DNA from: Eledone cirrhosa
Lineage: Eukaryota
Reading direction: 5' to 3'
Length of the DNA: 64,000 nt
Assembly: GCA_964016885.1 (NCBI GenBank)
Contig: OZ024742.1
Span: forward strand, 146,196,001 to 146,260,000
Made by a program: the position numbers and the translations under genes
Notes under the pieces: model-generated
Databases searched by the model: none
Told to the model about the DNA's origin: nothing
The model's input: the letters and a program-made list of their open reading frames with translations, nothing else
Part shown: in pieces, positions 39,775 to 53,058 of the stretch
How positions within the stretch are numbered: the first letter of the stretch is position 1
How the letters are laid out: each line of letters starts with the position of its first letter

Positions 39775-42700
39775 CCTGTGACCAAGAAATACCGGGATGG
39801 TGGCCGGCGGGGAATAGCCGTGTTTCTAGGGGAGAACGACTCTTCTAATCTTGGTTGACACTCGTTCTAGAAGTGGTAACACGAAATGATTACCCCTTGG
39901 CGGATAAGGATAAAACACGACAAAATAAAGTAAATGTCTAATGATAAAATCTCATACCGGATCGGCCGTCACCCGGGTAAAAAAGGGCCGCGTCCCTCAG
40001 AGAGGAACCAGACTGGGGTCGAAAAATCAGCTAATGGTTCAAACCTTCCCATCACTTCGGAGCTGGAGACCTCCCATAACCGGAATACTCCTACTGTTGG
40101 CCCTCCATGCTCACCACCAAGAAATCCAAAGAAAAAGAGAGAAAAATGGTCAAGGGAAGATAATAAAGAAGTCCTTGAGGCTTTCTACACTGCCATGTAC
40201 TACCCATCAAATACATCGAATACAGAACAGACATATATCAACTGGAAAAAGAAACATTCCGAAAACAGAGGCTATATTGACAGTAACAAACTAGCCAATA
40301 TACGAAGAAATATTGTAAAAAAAAGTTACTGATATAGAAATTGATCAGATCAAGCTATTAGCACAAAGTCAGCGAAGGGAAAATGAAACATGTGTCAGTG
40401 AAAACGAGGTAAATTGTAACACTTCCAATCCCAGGGTTGGGGCGGAATCACTGGCAACAGAACAAATTAAAGAAAGGATCAAAAAAGTGTAGGGAGTGCA
40501 TGCTCAAGATGAAACTCCAAATGAAAATAATGAGATCGTAAATGATAAAGAAATGAATGAGAATGAACTTGCCAACTTGAAGGATGAAATTATGATCGAA
40601 TGGATGAAAATGAAAGAATCTGACATGGGGCAACGAGACACCCTCCCTAAGATCCAGAACTCCAAACAGAACCAAAAGATAATACACAAGACTAACATAA
40701 TTCTCAAAAACATTATCATCACAAACAAACTAAACATTACTGATTTAAATCATCTCTATTATGCATCGGCTAAAGTCACCACTCACTTATGTGGAGTGAA
40801 GATGAAAAAACAAAGGAATTCCCACAAGAAATCTACTTGGCAAGAGAACATCAATTGCCAAATAAACCTTCTCCGATCTGACATAGAAATTTTAACAAAC
40901 TATAAAGTAGGTGAACATGTTAAACAAACTAAACTTAGAAAATTGAAAAGAAAGTATAGTATAAAATCAACAAGTGACATAGACATGCTGATAGAAATAA
41001 TCAAGCAAAAAGTGTCGGCCAAAGCTGCTCGTATAAGGCGCTTTGAAAAACGATCTAGATTCTATAAGGACAATAATATGTTCAAAAACAACCAAAGAAA
41101 CTTCTACAGAAAATAACTGCTAAAACAAACCACCCAAGGAGGAAGTGCAAGAATTCTGGGAAAAGATCTGGGCCGAAGAAAAAATTCATAACATACATGC
41201 CCCATGGATAGACAGACAAATGAAAGATACAGCTCACCTTGAGGAACAAATATGGGAAAACATAACAGTTGAACAGTTGCGCTTGGCTCTAAGAAAAACC
41301 AACAAATGGAAATCCCCAGGAAAAGACAAAATACAAAATTTTTGGATAAATGCCTTCACAGAGTCTCATGAGCTGTTAACCCAACTTTACAATGAAATAG
41401 TTAATGAGCCAGAAAAGATACCATCATGGCTAGTTAACAGCATTACATTCCTGCTTCCGAAGAATGATGAGACAAACAATCCCAAAAATTACAGACCGAT
41501 AACTTGCTTGACCACAATGTATAAAATTTTAACATCAGTCCTAACTGAATACACATATGACCACCTGATAACAAATGACCTATTTCCCATTGAGCAGAAA
41601 GGGTGTAAACGAGGCTCATATGGCTGTAAGGATCAGCTTTTGGTTAACAAAATGATACTGGAAGATTGTCATAATAGACACAAAAATCTATCAATTGCTT
41701 GGATAGATTATAAAAAAGCATTCGATAGTTTGCCACACAGTTGGATTGAAAAATGTTTAGAGATTTTCAAAATATCCCCCGTTGTCAGGAGGTTTTTGTC
41801 ATTCAGTATGAAGACATGGAGAACGACACTCCTTTTGAATAGTGAAACAAAATCGCTGGAAGCTGGAGAAGTTAATATTAATTGTGGAATTTTTCAGGTT
41901 GACTCTTTATCACCGCTTTTATTCTGCATCGCACTTATACCATTAAGTAAAATGCTCAATGAAACAAAACATGGATATAGAGTCTATGACAAAACCATTA
42001 ATCACTTGTTCTACATGGATGACCTGAAACTATTTGCAAAAAATGATGAATAATTGCAAGGGCTATTATCCACTGTGAAGCAGTTCAGTGATGACATTAA
42101 AATGGAGTTTGGACTAGATAAATGCGCCAAAACAACGTTCACCAGAGGAAAGCTGCTGAAGAGTTCAGACATTAATCTTGATCGGGGGAATGTGATAAGA
42201 GAACTTGATCAAGAAAAAACTTACAAATATCTAGGTGTTTGTGAAGGAGACGGAATCAAGCACTCGACAATGAGGGAAACGATAAGGAATGAATGTTACC
42301 GCAGAGTAAGAGCAATCTTAAGAACGGAATTGAATGCAAGGAATAGGATCGATGCCATAAATACGCTTGCCATACCAGTAGTAACCTACAGTTACAATGT
42401 CATCAACTGGTCAAGCACAGAGATCCGTAGGCTCGATACAAAATTTCGAAAATTCTTAACCATGCACAGAATGCATCACCCTAAGGCAGATATAGATAGA
42501 ATATATCTCCCTAGGAAAGAAGGAGGGCGTGGGTTAATCCAGTTAGACATAGCGTTGAAAACTGCAACAATTGGATTATCTACATATCTAAGGGAATCAC
42601 ATGATTGGATGATCAAACTCGTTTTGAAACACGAAAGCATCAAAAGATCATATTCCATTACAAAAGATGCACAAAGATACAGTAATGGACTACAAATTTC

Positions 42701-43577
42701 AGAAGTCCCATTTACTGCTGAAATGGAAAACACAGAAAAAGCAAAGCAGGTAAAAGTAACTGCAAAGAAAGAACTGCTACAGAAACTGGCTAAGAATTGG
42801 CAAGAAAAGCCTCTGTATGGAAAATACCCAGAACGAGCTAACAATCCTGATGCAGTTCATTATGCCGTGTATGCAAAAAACAACCAGAGACCATTGACCA
42901 TATAATTTCAATGTGCAGTCCTATAGCTCTAACCGAATACCTAAACAGGCATGACAGAGCTGCACAATACATACATTGGATAATGTGTAAGCATATTGAC
43001 CTGTCCCATCAAAAGAATTGGTGGGAGCATCAACCACATCGCATACTTGAAAAAGATCACATCTCAATCTTGTGGAACTTTAGCATCCAAACAGACCGAA
43101 AAATAGATGCAAATAGACCTGATATAATATTGAAGGACTTTAAAAAGAGGGCATGCCTGCTAATTGATATGTCTGTTCCAATAAACAAGAATGTATCTAT
43201 AAAAACATTTGAAAAATTGAGCAAGTATAAGGACCTGGAGATAGAAATTGGAAAAATGTGGAAATTGAGAACTAAAACAATACCAGTGGTTGTAGGCGCT
43301 GTGGGAATGATACCTAAGGGGTCTAATGATTACTTATCGCAAATCCCAGGAAACCCGTGTATAGGAGAAATACAAAAGATAGTACTAATGGGAACTGCCC
43401 ATATACTAAGGAAGATTCTGTCAATATAAGTACATCACAAGTCTAAATACCTAAAGATACATGTGTGTGTGTGTGTATGTTCTTTCTTGAACATGGCGGA
43501 CCATGTTGTCTCTTGAGGTCACTGGTTGTGACTTGGTGATAACTCGTATGAACATAAAGCAAGATAAATGCAACTGT
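39775..43577 (+). mobile_element. R4/Dong-type RLE retrotransposon, near full length but disrupted (copy B)
   Basis: Single long ORF from 39934, broken near 40325, 41110, 42051 (TAA) and 42852 (deletion). Motifs: KSPGKDKI.NFW, NYRPITCL, EQKGC, WIDYKKAFDS, YMDD, RHD, PD..D..K. Ends in (AAT)n. Confidence 0.92.
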
Positions 43578-43597
43578 AATAATAATAATAATAATAA

Positions 43598-45879
43598 AAG
43601 ATACCATCATGGCTAGTTAACGGCATTACATTCCTACTTCCGAAGAATGATGAGACAAACAATCCCCAAAATTACAGACCGATAACTTGCTTGACCACAA
43701 TGTATAAAATTTTAACATCAGTCCTAACTGAATATACATATGATCACCTGATAACAAATGATCTATTTCCCAATGAGCAGAAAGGGTGTAAACGAGGCTC
43801 ATATGGCTGTAAAGACCAGCTTTTGGTTAACAAAATGATACTGGAAGATTGTCATAATAGACATAAAAATCTATCAATTGCTTGGATAGATTACAAAAAA
43901 GCATTCGATAGTTTGCCACACAGTTGGATTGAAAAATGTTTAGAGAGTTTCAAAATATCTCCAGTTGTCAGGAGGTTCCTGTCATTCAGTATGAAGACAT
44001 GGAAAACGACACTCCTTTTGAATAGAGAAACAAAATCACTGGAAGCTGGAGAAGTTAATATTAATTGTGGAATTTTTAAGGGTGACTCTTTATCACCGCT
44101 TTTATTCTGCATCGCACTTATACCATTAAGTAAAATGCTCAATGAAACAAAACATGGATATAGAGTCTATGACAAAACCATTAACACTTGTTCTACATGG
44201 ATGACCTGAAACTATTTGCAAAAAATGATGAACAATTGCAAGGGCTATTATCCACTGTGAAGCAGTTCAGTGATGACATTAAAATGGAGTTTGGACTAGA
44301 TAAATGCGCCAAAACAACGTTCACCAGAGGAAAGCTGCTGAAGAGTTCAGACATTAATCTTGATCGGGGGAATGTGATAAGAGAACTTTATCAAGAGGAA
44401 GCTTACAAATATCTAGGTGTTTGTGAAGGAGACAGAATCAAGCACTCGACAATGAGGACAAGGATAAGAAAGGAATATTACTGCACAGTAAGAGCGATCT
44501 TAAGAATAGAATTGAATGCGAGGAATAGGATTGATGCCATAAACACGCTTGCCATACCAGTAGTAACCTACAGTTTCAATGTCATCAACTGGTCAAGCAC
44601 AGAGATCCGTAGGCTCGATACAAAAATTAGAAAATTCTTAACCATGCATAGAATGCATCACCCTAAGGCAGATACAGATAGAATATATCTCCCTAGGAAA
44701 GAAGGAGGACGTGGGTTAATCCAGTGAGAAATTGTGTTAAAAACTGCAACAATTGGATTATCTACATATCTAAGGGAATCACATGATTGGATGATCAAAC
44801 TCATTTTGAAACACGAAAGCATCAAAAGATCATTACAAAAGATGCACAAAGATACAGTAATGAACTACAAATTTCAGAAGTCCCATTTACTGCTGAAATG
44901 AAACACACAGAAAAAGCAAAGAAGGTAAAAGTAACTGCAAAGAAAGAACTGCTACAGAAACTGGCTAAGAAATGGCAAGAAAAGCCTCTGTATGGAAATT
45001 ACCCAGAAAGAGCTAACAATCCTGATGTTGACAAAACTTTAACCCATCAGTGGTTGGCATCCTTTGGACTGAAATCGGAAACTGAAGGACTAATTATATC
45101 AGCACAAGATCAGTGTCTGCCAACAAAAATTACCAAGCCAACATAATAAAAAATGGATGCAACCCATTATGCCGTGTATGTAAAAAACAACCAGAGACCA
45201 TTGATCATATAATTTCAATGTGCAGTCCTATAGCTCCAATCGAATACCTAAACAGGCATGACAGAGCTGCACAATACATACATTGGATAATGTGTAAGCA
45301 TTTTGACCTTCCCCATCAAAAGAATTGGTGGGAGCATCAACCACCTCCCATACTTGAAAAAGATCACATCTCAATCTTGTGGAACTTTAGCATCCAAACA
45401 GACCGAAAAATAGATGCAAATAGACCTGATATAATACTGAAGGACTTTAAAAAGAGGGTGTGCCTCCTAATTGATATGTCTGTTCCAATAGACAAGAATG
45501 TTTCTATAAAAACATTTGAAAAATTGAGCAAGTATAAGGACCTGGGGATAGAAATTGGAAAAATGTGGAAATTGAGAACTAAAACAATACCAGTGGTTGT
45601 AGGCGCTGTAGGAATGATACCTAAGGGGTCTAATGATTACTTATCGCAAATCCCAGGAAACCCGCGTTTAGGAGAAATTCAAAAGATAGTACTAATGGGA
45701 ACTGCCCATATACTAAGGAAGATTCTGTCAATATAAGTACATCACAAGTCTAAACACTAAAGATGCATGTGTGAGTATGTATGTTCTTTCTTGAACATGG
45801 CGGACCTTGTTGTCTCTTGAGGTCACTGGTTGTGACTTGGTGATGACTCGTATGAACATAAAGCAAGATAAATGCAACT

Positions 45880-45881
<2 letters not shown>
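43598..45881 (+). mobile_element. R4/Dong-type RLE retrotransposon, 5-prime truncated (copy C), head-to-tail after copy B
   Basis: Starts right after the (AAT)n tail of copy B, has the same motifs, and ends in (AAT)n at 45881-45913. Confidence 0.92.
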
Positions 45882-45913
<32 letters not shown>

Positions 45914-45924
45914 GAAGAAGAAGA

Positions 45925-46235
45925 AGAAAAGGAGAGGGAGAAAATTAACCGATACCAGGACTTAAAGTGGCAGGTAAAAAGGATTTGGAACTGCCATGAA
46001 GTCAGAGTCGTCCCAATTGTCATAGGCGCACTAGGTACTATCACTAAAGAGTTTCCAAGGATGGTTAAAGAAAATTAGTCCAGCCCCGCTTTTTGGAATA
46101 CTTCAAAAGGCATGCTTGCTGGAAACAGCAAAAACCCTCCGATACATCCTGAATATCTGAGGCTGCAGGTAGTGGCTAGATATTCATTTCAACAAACTTT
46201 CCAGTTAAATAACATCAATGACTGAGACTCAAAGA
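45925..46235 (+). mobile_element. 3-prime fragment of a different R4-clade family
   Basis: EKINRYQDLKWQVKRIW...VVPIVIGALGTI...LQKACLLETAKTLRYILNI; ends in (AAT)n. Confidence 0.75.
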
Positions 46236-46254
46236 ATAATAATAATAATAATAA

Positions 46255-46439
46255 TTGTTTCTACTATTGGCACAAGGCCAGCAATAACCCAGTGTATTAC
46301 TGGTACTTTATTTTATCGACCCCGTAAGGATGAAAGGCAAAGTTAACCTCGGCGGGATTTGAACTCAGAATGGCAATGCCGTAACTCTATGCGTCAAAGC
46401 ATGGCGTCCGACCCTCTACCGATACTGGTTATTATTATT

Positions 46440-46485
<46 letters not shown>

Positions 46486-46860
46486 GTTTCTGATTTAGGG
46501 CCAAGGCCAGCAATTTGGGGGGATGAGAAAGTAGTTAATATTGACTCCAATGCATTTTTGGTACTTTATTTTATTGCCCCTGTAAGGATGAAAGGGAAAG
46601 CTGACCTCTCCAGGATTTGAACTCAGAATGTAAAGGATGTAAGTATGCTGCAAAGCATGGTGTCTGAGGCCCTACTGATACTGCCAATCCACTGCCCTTA
46701 TAATTGTTTCTACTTTAGGCACAAGGCCAGCAATTTGAAGGGGGGGGGAAGTCGATTAAATCGACCCCAGTGTTTATTGGTACTTATCGACCCTGTAAGG
46801 ATGAAAGGCAAAGCTAACCTCAGCAGGATTTGAACTCAGAATGTAAAGGGACGTAACTCT
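46255..46860 (-). mobile_element. Three tandem ATT-tailed SINE copies of decreasing identity
   Basis: Repeated cctgtaaggatgaaaggcaaag..aacctc..ggatttgaactcagaat blocks, with (AAT)n tracts at about 46235-46255 and 46428-46484. Confidence 0.8.
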
Positions 46861-47687
46861 TTCCCTCTCTCTCTCTCTCTCTCCATATATATATATCCAC
46901 CCATAGAAAACCAATCAAAGAGGGTCAGAAGAACTTTTCAGCAATTTCAAAGGCATGACAACCTCTCTAGTGCTGGTGCCATGATAAAAGGTACTTGGTA
47001 AAGAATGGGAATATATGTAAGCAAAATGTAGGGCCTCAGCACAACTGAAATTTCAGTAGCTCTGCTTGAGTACTGACCCTGTCTGTGAAGACCTGTCCAA
47101 CACTTGCTAGTAGAGAAGATAGATGCTAAACGACGATGATGATTTATATATAGTTCAAGGTTAAAAAAGAATACAAGCAGGGAGAACAATTGGCAAAGCC
47201 TTATAAGTTTCAAATTTGTGGGAAAAGGAGCATATTGGACGTTAGTTTTTCATCAGGAAAGAGTAAAATTAAGAGAGAGAGAGAGGTTGGGGAGAAATGT
47301 GTCATGTGTGTGTGTTGTTTTTATTTTCTGTATGTGTATATGTATGTGTGTGTTGTTTTTATTTTCTGTTTGTGTATATATGTGTGTGTGTGTGTTGTTT
47401 TTATTTTCTGTTTGTGTATATGTGTACGTGTAGTTTCCATCTATCAAATTTCATTCACCCCATTGATCAACCTGAGGCTATAGTAGACACAAGCCCCAGG
47501 TGCCAAACAAGGGACTGAATTCAGGACCACATAGTTGCAAAGTAAATGCCTTAGTCATATGGCCATATAGAAAAATAACTTTTAATGATAATTCAAGAAC
47601 TGTAGCAAGAGTAAAAACAATGTTTTTTATTTTTCTTATAGTCATTTAAATATGAGAAAAAGTAATTATTATAAAGCCATTGCTTAC

Positions 47688-47878
47688 CATCATTTAAGAA
47701 CTCATAATGTCCAAGAAATCCCCGAAGACTTTTTGTATAGTCAGATTTAAAAAACATTTCTATTTTTGGTTGAATTGATATAATTGGAGAAGGTTTTTCT
47801 GCACCACAAAAACGATTCATTAATGTCTTGAAGCCCATGTGATCAACTCCAAAAATGTCAACAAAATCAAACTTGCAT
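47688..47878 (-). CDS. Host-gene exon: C-terminal half of a CUB domain
   Basis: ttcttcttatag acceptor and G/GTAAGC donor, phase 2 to 1. CKFDFVDIF...RFCGAEKPSPIIS....MFFKSD....RGFLGHYEF. Confidence 0.88.
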
Positions 47879-50049
47879 CTATAAGAAGAAACAAAAAATA
47901 ATATATATATATATAATTTAAAAAATGACAAATACAGAGATACAAAAACAACTAATCTTATTAATTTCATGCTTTGGAGCACCCCCCCCCCCCAAAAAAA
48001 AAAACAGACAAAATTCAGCGTTTAGGACATTAGTCCTTCATCAAGAGTACAAGAGTTCAGAGATTAGAAAATAAAAAAGCAGGAACATGTGTGTATGTGT
48101 GTTGTTTTTAATTTTTTGTGCGTATGTGCATATATGTTGGTGGAGTGGTGTATACATTGTTTGTGATGGTGTCTAACTGTGTCTGTCTGTATTAATGTAT
48201 ATGAGTATATCAAATATAAAAATAATTATTTGTTACAAATATGTATCTGTTCACTATATATTTGTTCATTTAAAAAAAAATGAAACAACTTTAAAAGGTA
48301 GAATAGCTGGTGTGTGTTTATATACACACTGAATTCTTTACTCATGTTCTACAAATTCTGCTAATTCCCTGACTTGATAAAGTTAATAATCAAAAGGTAG
48401 ACATATGTTAGTGTTGGGTATGGATATCCTATTATTTCCAGGAAAAATGAACAACAAAGACAACCATTCTACAAGAATTGAAGGCAATTCATTTCACATT
48501 GTTAGAAAGAAAAAGTGGGAGAGTTCAATGTTTTGAACGTTTGTCTTTCATCGAAAAGAAACAAAGAAAAAGAATTGAATGATCTATGAAAAAGCTATTT
48601 TTCTAATGGCCATTGCTTACTAAAAGAATGATTTTTCCAACACATGGTGGACATTGTGAATACATTATTTCTACAGAATATTGTCATTACACTGCCATTA
48701 CCATGACTATTATTACACTACAATTACCATCAATGTATGAAGACATGTGGCTTAGTAGGTAGAGCGTTGAGCTGACAATCATGAGATTGTGAGTTCGATT
48801 TATGAACCAAGTAGTGCCTTATGTCCTTGAACAAAATACTTTATTGCATGTTGCTCCAGTTCATTCTGCTGGAAAAAATGAGTTGTGATATCACTGATAC
48901 CTAGCTGTATCAGACTTTGCCTTTCTCTTGGATAACATCAGTGGCATGGAGAGGGACAACAGGTATGCATTGGAGGGGAACTTTTTAGGTGCAAACCCAT
49001 TGTCATTTCTAACCAAAAGGGTCTTACAATTACCACCACCATTACTACACAGGATTAAAGTTTGACAAAAGTCATAGAATGCTGTAATGAAAGAAATGGT
49101 AGAGTGCTAAACAACACACCTTATGGTAGCCACAACTCAATGTTCTGATTTCAAATCATACCTGGGTTAACTTTTCCTTCTATCATTCAGGGATCAATAA
49201 TATATATTACTGATGTGTTAACAGTGTTTCATTTTGAAGTTATAATAAACCATAGAATAAACTTATAGATTTTAGTCATCATTGCATACAACACAACAGC
49301 CAAAGCAAAGGTTAGGCTTCTCCATATTGCCCTAGCACTTGCATACCCCTCAGCAACCTCTTGACTTTCATTTCCTCCTTCATCACCTTTAGCCAAATAT
49401 TTCTTGGTCATCCCCTTCCTCTATTTCCTTCTGTATTCATTTCCATCATTCCTCTTACTTGATCACTTCCATCCTTCCTCAACACCTGATCCAACCATCT
49501 CATTTCATTTTTTTTTCACAACATTCAATGCTTGCTTTATTTCCATCGTCCTTTTTAATTAATTATTTGTCTTCTTATTTCTTTCTGTTCTTTCTAGCCA
49601 TCTCTGCTACTTCTGATTTATCACTCATCCAAGTCTCACACTTATAAAACCATTTCACATCTCACACATGCATTACCCTTCCTTTCATTTTCAGCAACAG
49701 TGACTTCTTCATTAGTATACTACTCAGTTCTCATCACAGCAAGTGTAAACTAATTAAAATTAATTAGATACATTAATATAATTAGTTTAAATTAGTCTAC
49801 ACATACCATCTCAACAAAACTTTATAGGTTTGTCCTAAAGATTTCAGCTGTCACAACATGTTTGTCCTAGAGAATATAATTGCAGGTAAAACAAACACTA
49901 GTAATGAATCAATTAAAGTTAATTCGATTAATTAGATTAATCTAATTAATTTTAACAAGTTTATTCTGTAAAGTGGTTGATGATCAAATGAAGACAATAT
50001 AGGGGAGTGAGCACTCCTCAATTTGATTGAGCACATGAAATATTCTCTA

Positions 50050-50480
50050 GTGTTGGTACTTTCAATAAATGCACTCTGTAAAGTATAGTGTTGGTACCAT
50101 GATAAAATGCATCCTGTTCACTTTGTAAAGTGGAAGTGTTGGTGCCATGATAAAATGCATCCTATTCACTTTGTAAAGTGGAAGTGTTGGTGCCATGATA
50201 AAATGCATCCTATTCACTTTGTAAAGTGGAAGTGTTGGTGCCATGATAAAATGCACTGACTATACTCTGTACAGTTTTAATGCTGGTGCTATGATAAAAT
50301 GCACCCACTACACTCTATAAAGTGGTTGGTGTTAGGAAAGGAACTCAGCTGTAGAAACCATGCCAAAATATGGAATGTATGAGCAAAATGTGTTTCTCCA
50401 ACCTGTGTAGTCTCATACTGTGATAAACCATTCAAATCATGCCAGCATGGAAAAGGTAAAAAAATGATACATTGACAACT
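50050..50480 (+). repeat. SINE with its 48-bp internal module amplified about 5-6 times
   Basis: Repeats of gtgttggtgccatgataaaatgcatcctattcactttgtaaagtggaa, followed by the ggttggtgttaggaaagg SINE tail. Confidence 0.85.
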
Positions 50481-51149
50481 ATAATGGATATGTTTGTTTT
50501 ATAGTACAGCAAAACATCATAAGGTGAAGTGGTAGAGCCTTTAGAAGTTGAACAGAATGTTTTGCAGTATTTGTTCCGGCTCTCTGCACTTTGAGTTCGA
50601 ATCTCGCTAATATCAAATTTGCCTTTCATCCTTTTGAGGTCTAAAAAATGTACAAGTCCAGTAATGGTGTCAATTCTTTCTCTATACCTTTCTAGCTTCC
50701 ATACATACCTACCAAAACATCAAATACAGACATTGATAACACTAATAATTTATTAAAACAAACTGCCAAGAATGTATCAAATATTAAAATCAGTCTACCT
50801 GGTTTAATAAAGCAGTTAACCCTTTCATTGCTGTATTTCTAATGAAATACACTGCCTATGTGTTTCTGTTAACTTTCAAAATAACCCAAATTTGGGGAAA
50901 TTTAATAAAATAACTAAGATTTTCATTATTAAGTTGATATGTAGAACATTATTTAATGAAAATGTCTAAAATTGTATTATGAAAGAATACTTTAATATAA
51001 AATAAGCATCTTAAAATGAACAAGTAGTGCTTCTGGTGGTTTGGCATAAAAAATGTTAATAATAGTGGCTTTATATACTTCACAGTAACCAGTGGTTGCT
51101 GATGAAAACATAATTCAGTACAGCATACTGTACTGAATTATATTTCCTC

Positions 51150-51885
51150 TCACCATGTTTCTTCATCATCTCCTCTATGAGTCTCAGTGATTTAAGGTCA
51201 GCACTCACCACCTCTGCCCAGGTCTTTCTCAATCTACCTCTACTGTCGCTTCCATCCACTGGTATTTCCTGGTACTTCTTAACCTATTGATCATCATTCA
51301 TGTGCATCCTATGTCCATACCAACGCAGCCTTCTCTCCTGCGCACCTTCTTGGATTCCTCTTAAACCCAACTTCTTCCTCAGTTAATCCAAGCTCTGCCT
51401 TTCTTTCACATTTATATTGCATATCCAAAGAAGCATGGTTGCTTCATTTCTCTCCAGTCTACACATGTCTTCTGTAGTCACTACCCATGTTTCACTACCG
51501 TACAGCATTGCACTTCACACACTGGCATCATACAGTTGTTCTTTTTGTATGTAGGGAGAAACCTTTTGTTGTCAAAAGTGAGAGTAGCTCTCTAAACTTC
51601 TTCCATCCTATCCTTATTCTAGCTACTATGTTCTCAGAACAGCCTTCTCAACTGCTGAAGTCACATAGATAGCTAAGCTGTTAACCACTTCTATGGACCT
51701 TTCCTGTAACTTGAAAAGGTTTATATCACTGCCGTTCTTCCCTTTCATTTCTCCTGTGCATCTTCTACATTCAAAGTCTTCCCTTTCCTGTTAGTCTACA
51801 CATTATCCCACTACATATCTTGTGTACCAAAGATTTACATTGTGTACACTATATGGAGTTTATACCAATTCCTTTTCTACAACTA
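51150..51885 (-). mobile_element. Degenerate RTE LINE 3-prime fragment
   Basis: Similarity to 63016-63795 (ccatgtttcactaccgtacagcattgc, tgtccataccaacgcagcct). Confidence 0.75.
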
Positions 51886-51985
51886 GCCTTAATTAATATC
51901 AATTAATTTACAAATGCAGTAATAGCTAAAATCTATAGATTTATCCTATAGGACAGTATACTACAGTATCAATAATATAACTAAT

Positions 51986-52159
51986 ATAATAGAGGTGTAT
52001 ATAAAAATATATATAATATGTTTATGTACAATAAATACAAGGACCTCGCTATCAAAGAAAAATATTTATGATGAAAAAGTATTTCTTTTGATAGCGAGGC
52101 TCTCACGTATTTATTATATATAAACATATTGTATATATTTTCATATACATACCTATTAT
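51986..52159. repeat. Imperfect hairpin of about 175 bp (MITE-like)
   Basis: cctcgctatcaaagaaa pairs with tttcttttgatagcgagg; the outer AT-rich arms also pair. Confidence 0.75.
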
Positions 52160-52340
52160 GCACAATGCTATCTCAGTGCTAGTGACAATCAATAATATAT
52201 AGTAGAAACTGGGTTTAGTTTTCATTGACAATGCATGTGATAAAATGATCTTGTGATAAAAAAAAACATTATTCACTTTTATGAAACATTTGAGAAAATA
52301 ATTTTAATTGGTTTCAATCATTAGATTGTTGCCATTATGA

Positions 52341-52478
52341 GACACTACCATACTGGGACATTACCATACTGGGACACTGCCATACTGGGACATTACCATA
52401 CTGGGACACTGCCATACTGGAACATTACCATACTGGGACACTACCATACTGGGACATTACCATACTGGGACACTGCCT
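52341..52478. repeat. 16-bp minisatellite, about 8 copies, with mostly alternating variants
   Basis: ccatactgggacatta / ccatactgggacactg. Confidence 0.9.
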
Positions 52479-53058
52479 TGAAGAGATTTAGTTAATCATG
52501 CTGAACCCAGTACTTTTCAAATCTAGTACTTATTTTATCAAATTTATCTGTCAAACCCCTAAATCATGGGATATAAACAAACAGTAAATGTAAACACACA
52601 CATATATACACACATATATGACAGGTTTCCATACTCACTATCAAACTTCATTCACGAGGCATTAATCAACAAAAAGCTATAGCAACATATATTTGCCTAA
52701 GATGTTAGCAAAACCATATGGTTGCAAAGTGAACACCTTAATCACACAGTTCTACCTGCACCTGTACAAATTTCCAAGATATTTTAATTAAGTCTTTGAT
52801 ACTCCTAGTTCTATTATGCAAAACTTTTAAAGAGTTTATATCTATTTAAAAACCTTTCATCGTAATGTTAGGTAAGAAACTTTGGAAGATAACTTAATGA
52901 GTTATGTTTGAAACACTAATTTAATAATGACAAAGTTAGTTATATTACTAAATCTCTCCAAGATTTTCATAATTTTCAAAATTATTTGAAAAGCATAAGC
53001 AGTCTTTTGTTAGAAACATGGTAATGAAAGGTTTAAATATATGAAAATTTCCACTTAC

